Source: an uncultured Nitrospirales bacterium
Lineage (GTDB): Bacteria; Nitrospirota; Nitrospiria; Nitrospirales; UBA8639
Reading direction: 5' to 3'
NCBI GenBank assembly: GCA_963801755.1
Contig: CAWDGE010000011.1
Location: 55,921-119,920, forward strand
DNA: 64,000 nucleotides
This document shows positions 63,072-64,000 of the stretch, piece after piece. The translations under genes were made by a program, and so were the position numbers. The notes below the pieces were generated by a model that was given only the letters and a program-made list of their open reading frames with translations, had not been told where the DNA came from and searched no databases. Position 1 is the first letter of the stretch. Each line of letters begins with the position of its first letter.

Positions 63072-63581
63072 GTGGATATTGAGGTGACAGGAAAGAAAAA
63101 TAAATCGAAACGTAAAATTTGATCTTTACATTTCATCTATCGATATGAGTTAAGCAAATGCCATGCCTTGCTTGGGCGATTGTTCTAAGAGTGAGTGGAT
63201 GCGGGAAGTTCCCTCTGTCGATTAACCCATTCAGAAGAGCTTTACAAAGATTTTTGGGAATCTTCGTACCTTTTTTCTATCTAAATTCGTAAAAGTTAGG
63301 AAAGGGTTCTTCAGTTGGTTGAGATCATGCGACGTCCTTCATATTTATCCAATTGGATACACTGTGTATCTTTTGAAATACATTCCTCCCCATGTCTCTC
63401 CAGCAGGGCCGGGAACGGTAACACAAGCTTGTTAAGATGTGGGAAAGTTTGGTGATAAACAAAGGAGCCTGACCTTTTAAATCATACCTGGGTTTTTCAT
63501 TCGTTGCCTCCCAATATATGAAAGAAGTCACCATTTTGTCATACCATCCCTTGCAACAAAGTTTTTCCTCTTGTATGGAAT

Positions 63582-63852
63582 TACCCTCACTCCACTCCTT
63601 TCTTCGAGAGGGGCCGGGGAGATTGAAAAGACATCAAATAGAACTTTTAGAAGTGTGAGCCCAATCCGAAAATTTTGGTAATCACCATTCAGGGAGGGTG
63701 TAGAAGAGGCAATCGCTTTGGGCGATTCCCGGGTTCGTCGTGACTATCATGAGGCGGGCGGGATGAGCTAATCGAAGTTCTCCGTTGTGCACGGAATGGA
63801 TGGCGGAGCTAACGTTTTGTCCCATCGCATTCTTTGTCCACAGACCATCCAA
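63582..63852. repeat. Non-coding direct repeats A+B, copy 2 (contiguous)
   Basis: Matches 58032-58190 followed directly by 57740-57860. Confidence 0.8.
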
Positions 63853-64000
63853 GCCTCGTTTTTCTACCTACCCCAACGTTTCCTCCCGCGACCACAATCC
63901 AAAATTCAATCGATCCACTCAGAATTGCCTCCTTCCCGATTTCCGTGACAAGGTAAAGAATCCTGCCTGGACGAACGGTGCCCTTTGCTCTTTTTTTGGT

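Noticed and set aside
1-64000. CRISPR array, rRNA, tRNA, IS transposase or integrase
   Set aside because: No regularly spaced repeats, recognisable structural RNA genes, or recombinase/transposase motifs seen by eye

Overview
Bacterial chromosomal window of about 50% GC. The gene content suggests a Nitrospirales-like organism (inference). The backbone carries DsrE/TlpA/ccdA, DUF1015, elaA, roxA, pepM, ppiC, ychJ, yaiI, an MFS transporter, a DHH-CBS-CCA enzyme, a peroxiredoxin, scpAB, an FAD/Fe-S oxidoreductase, rmuC, ftsH and a tryptophanase-family lyase, interrupted by accessory islands. Main observations: (1) A complete His-Xaa-Ser radical-SAM peptide-modification locus (51.6-55.3 kb). Its precursor (...GHSSHSSHASHASHHSHYSSR) and a second HxsD-like gene are missing from the ORF track and are visible only in the raw sequence. 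(2) Three independent islands share one integrase-free architecture: intact gene, cargo, then a diverged copy of that gene's own 3' end (yaiI, MFS gene, tnaA). (3) A broken nuclease-STAND (Avs/NLR-like) defence gene of about 4 kb. (4) A strongly nested, structured intergenic element at 6.15-6.33 kb. (5) A MarR operator palindrome pair, a Cache/TM/P-loop protein of about 1500 aa, and an orphan PEP mutase. Many genes contain single-base frameshifts, which may be uncorrected long-read errors, so pseudogene calls are provisional. I saw no rRNA, tRNA, CRISPR array, transposase or integrase.
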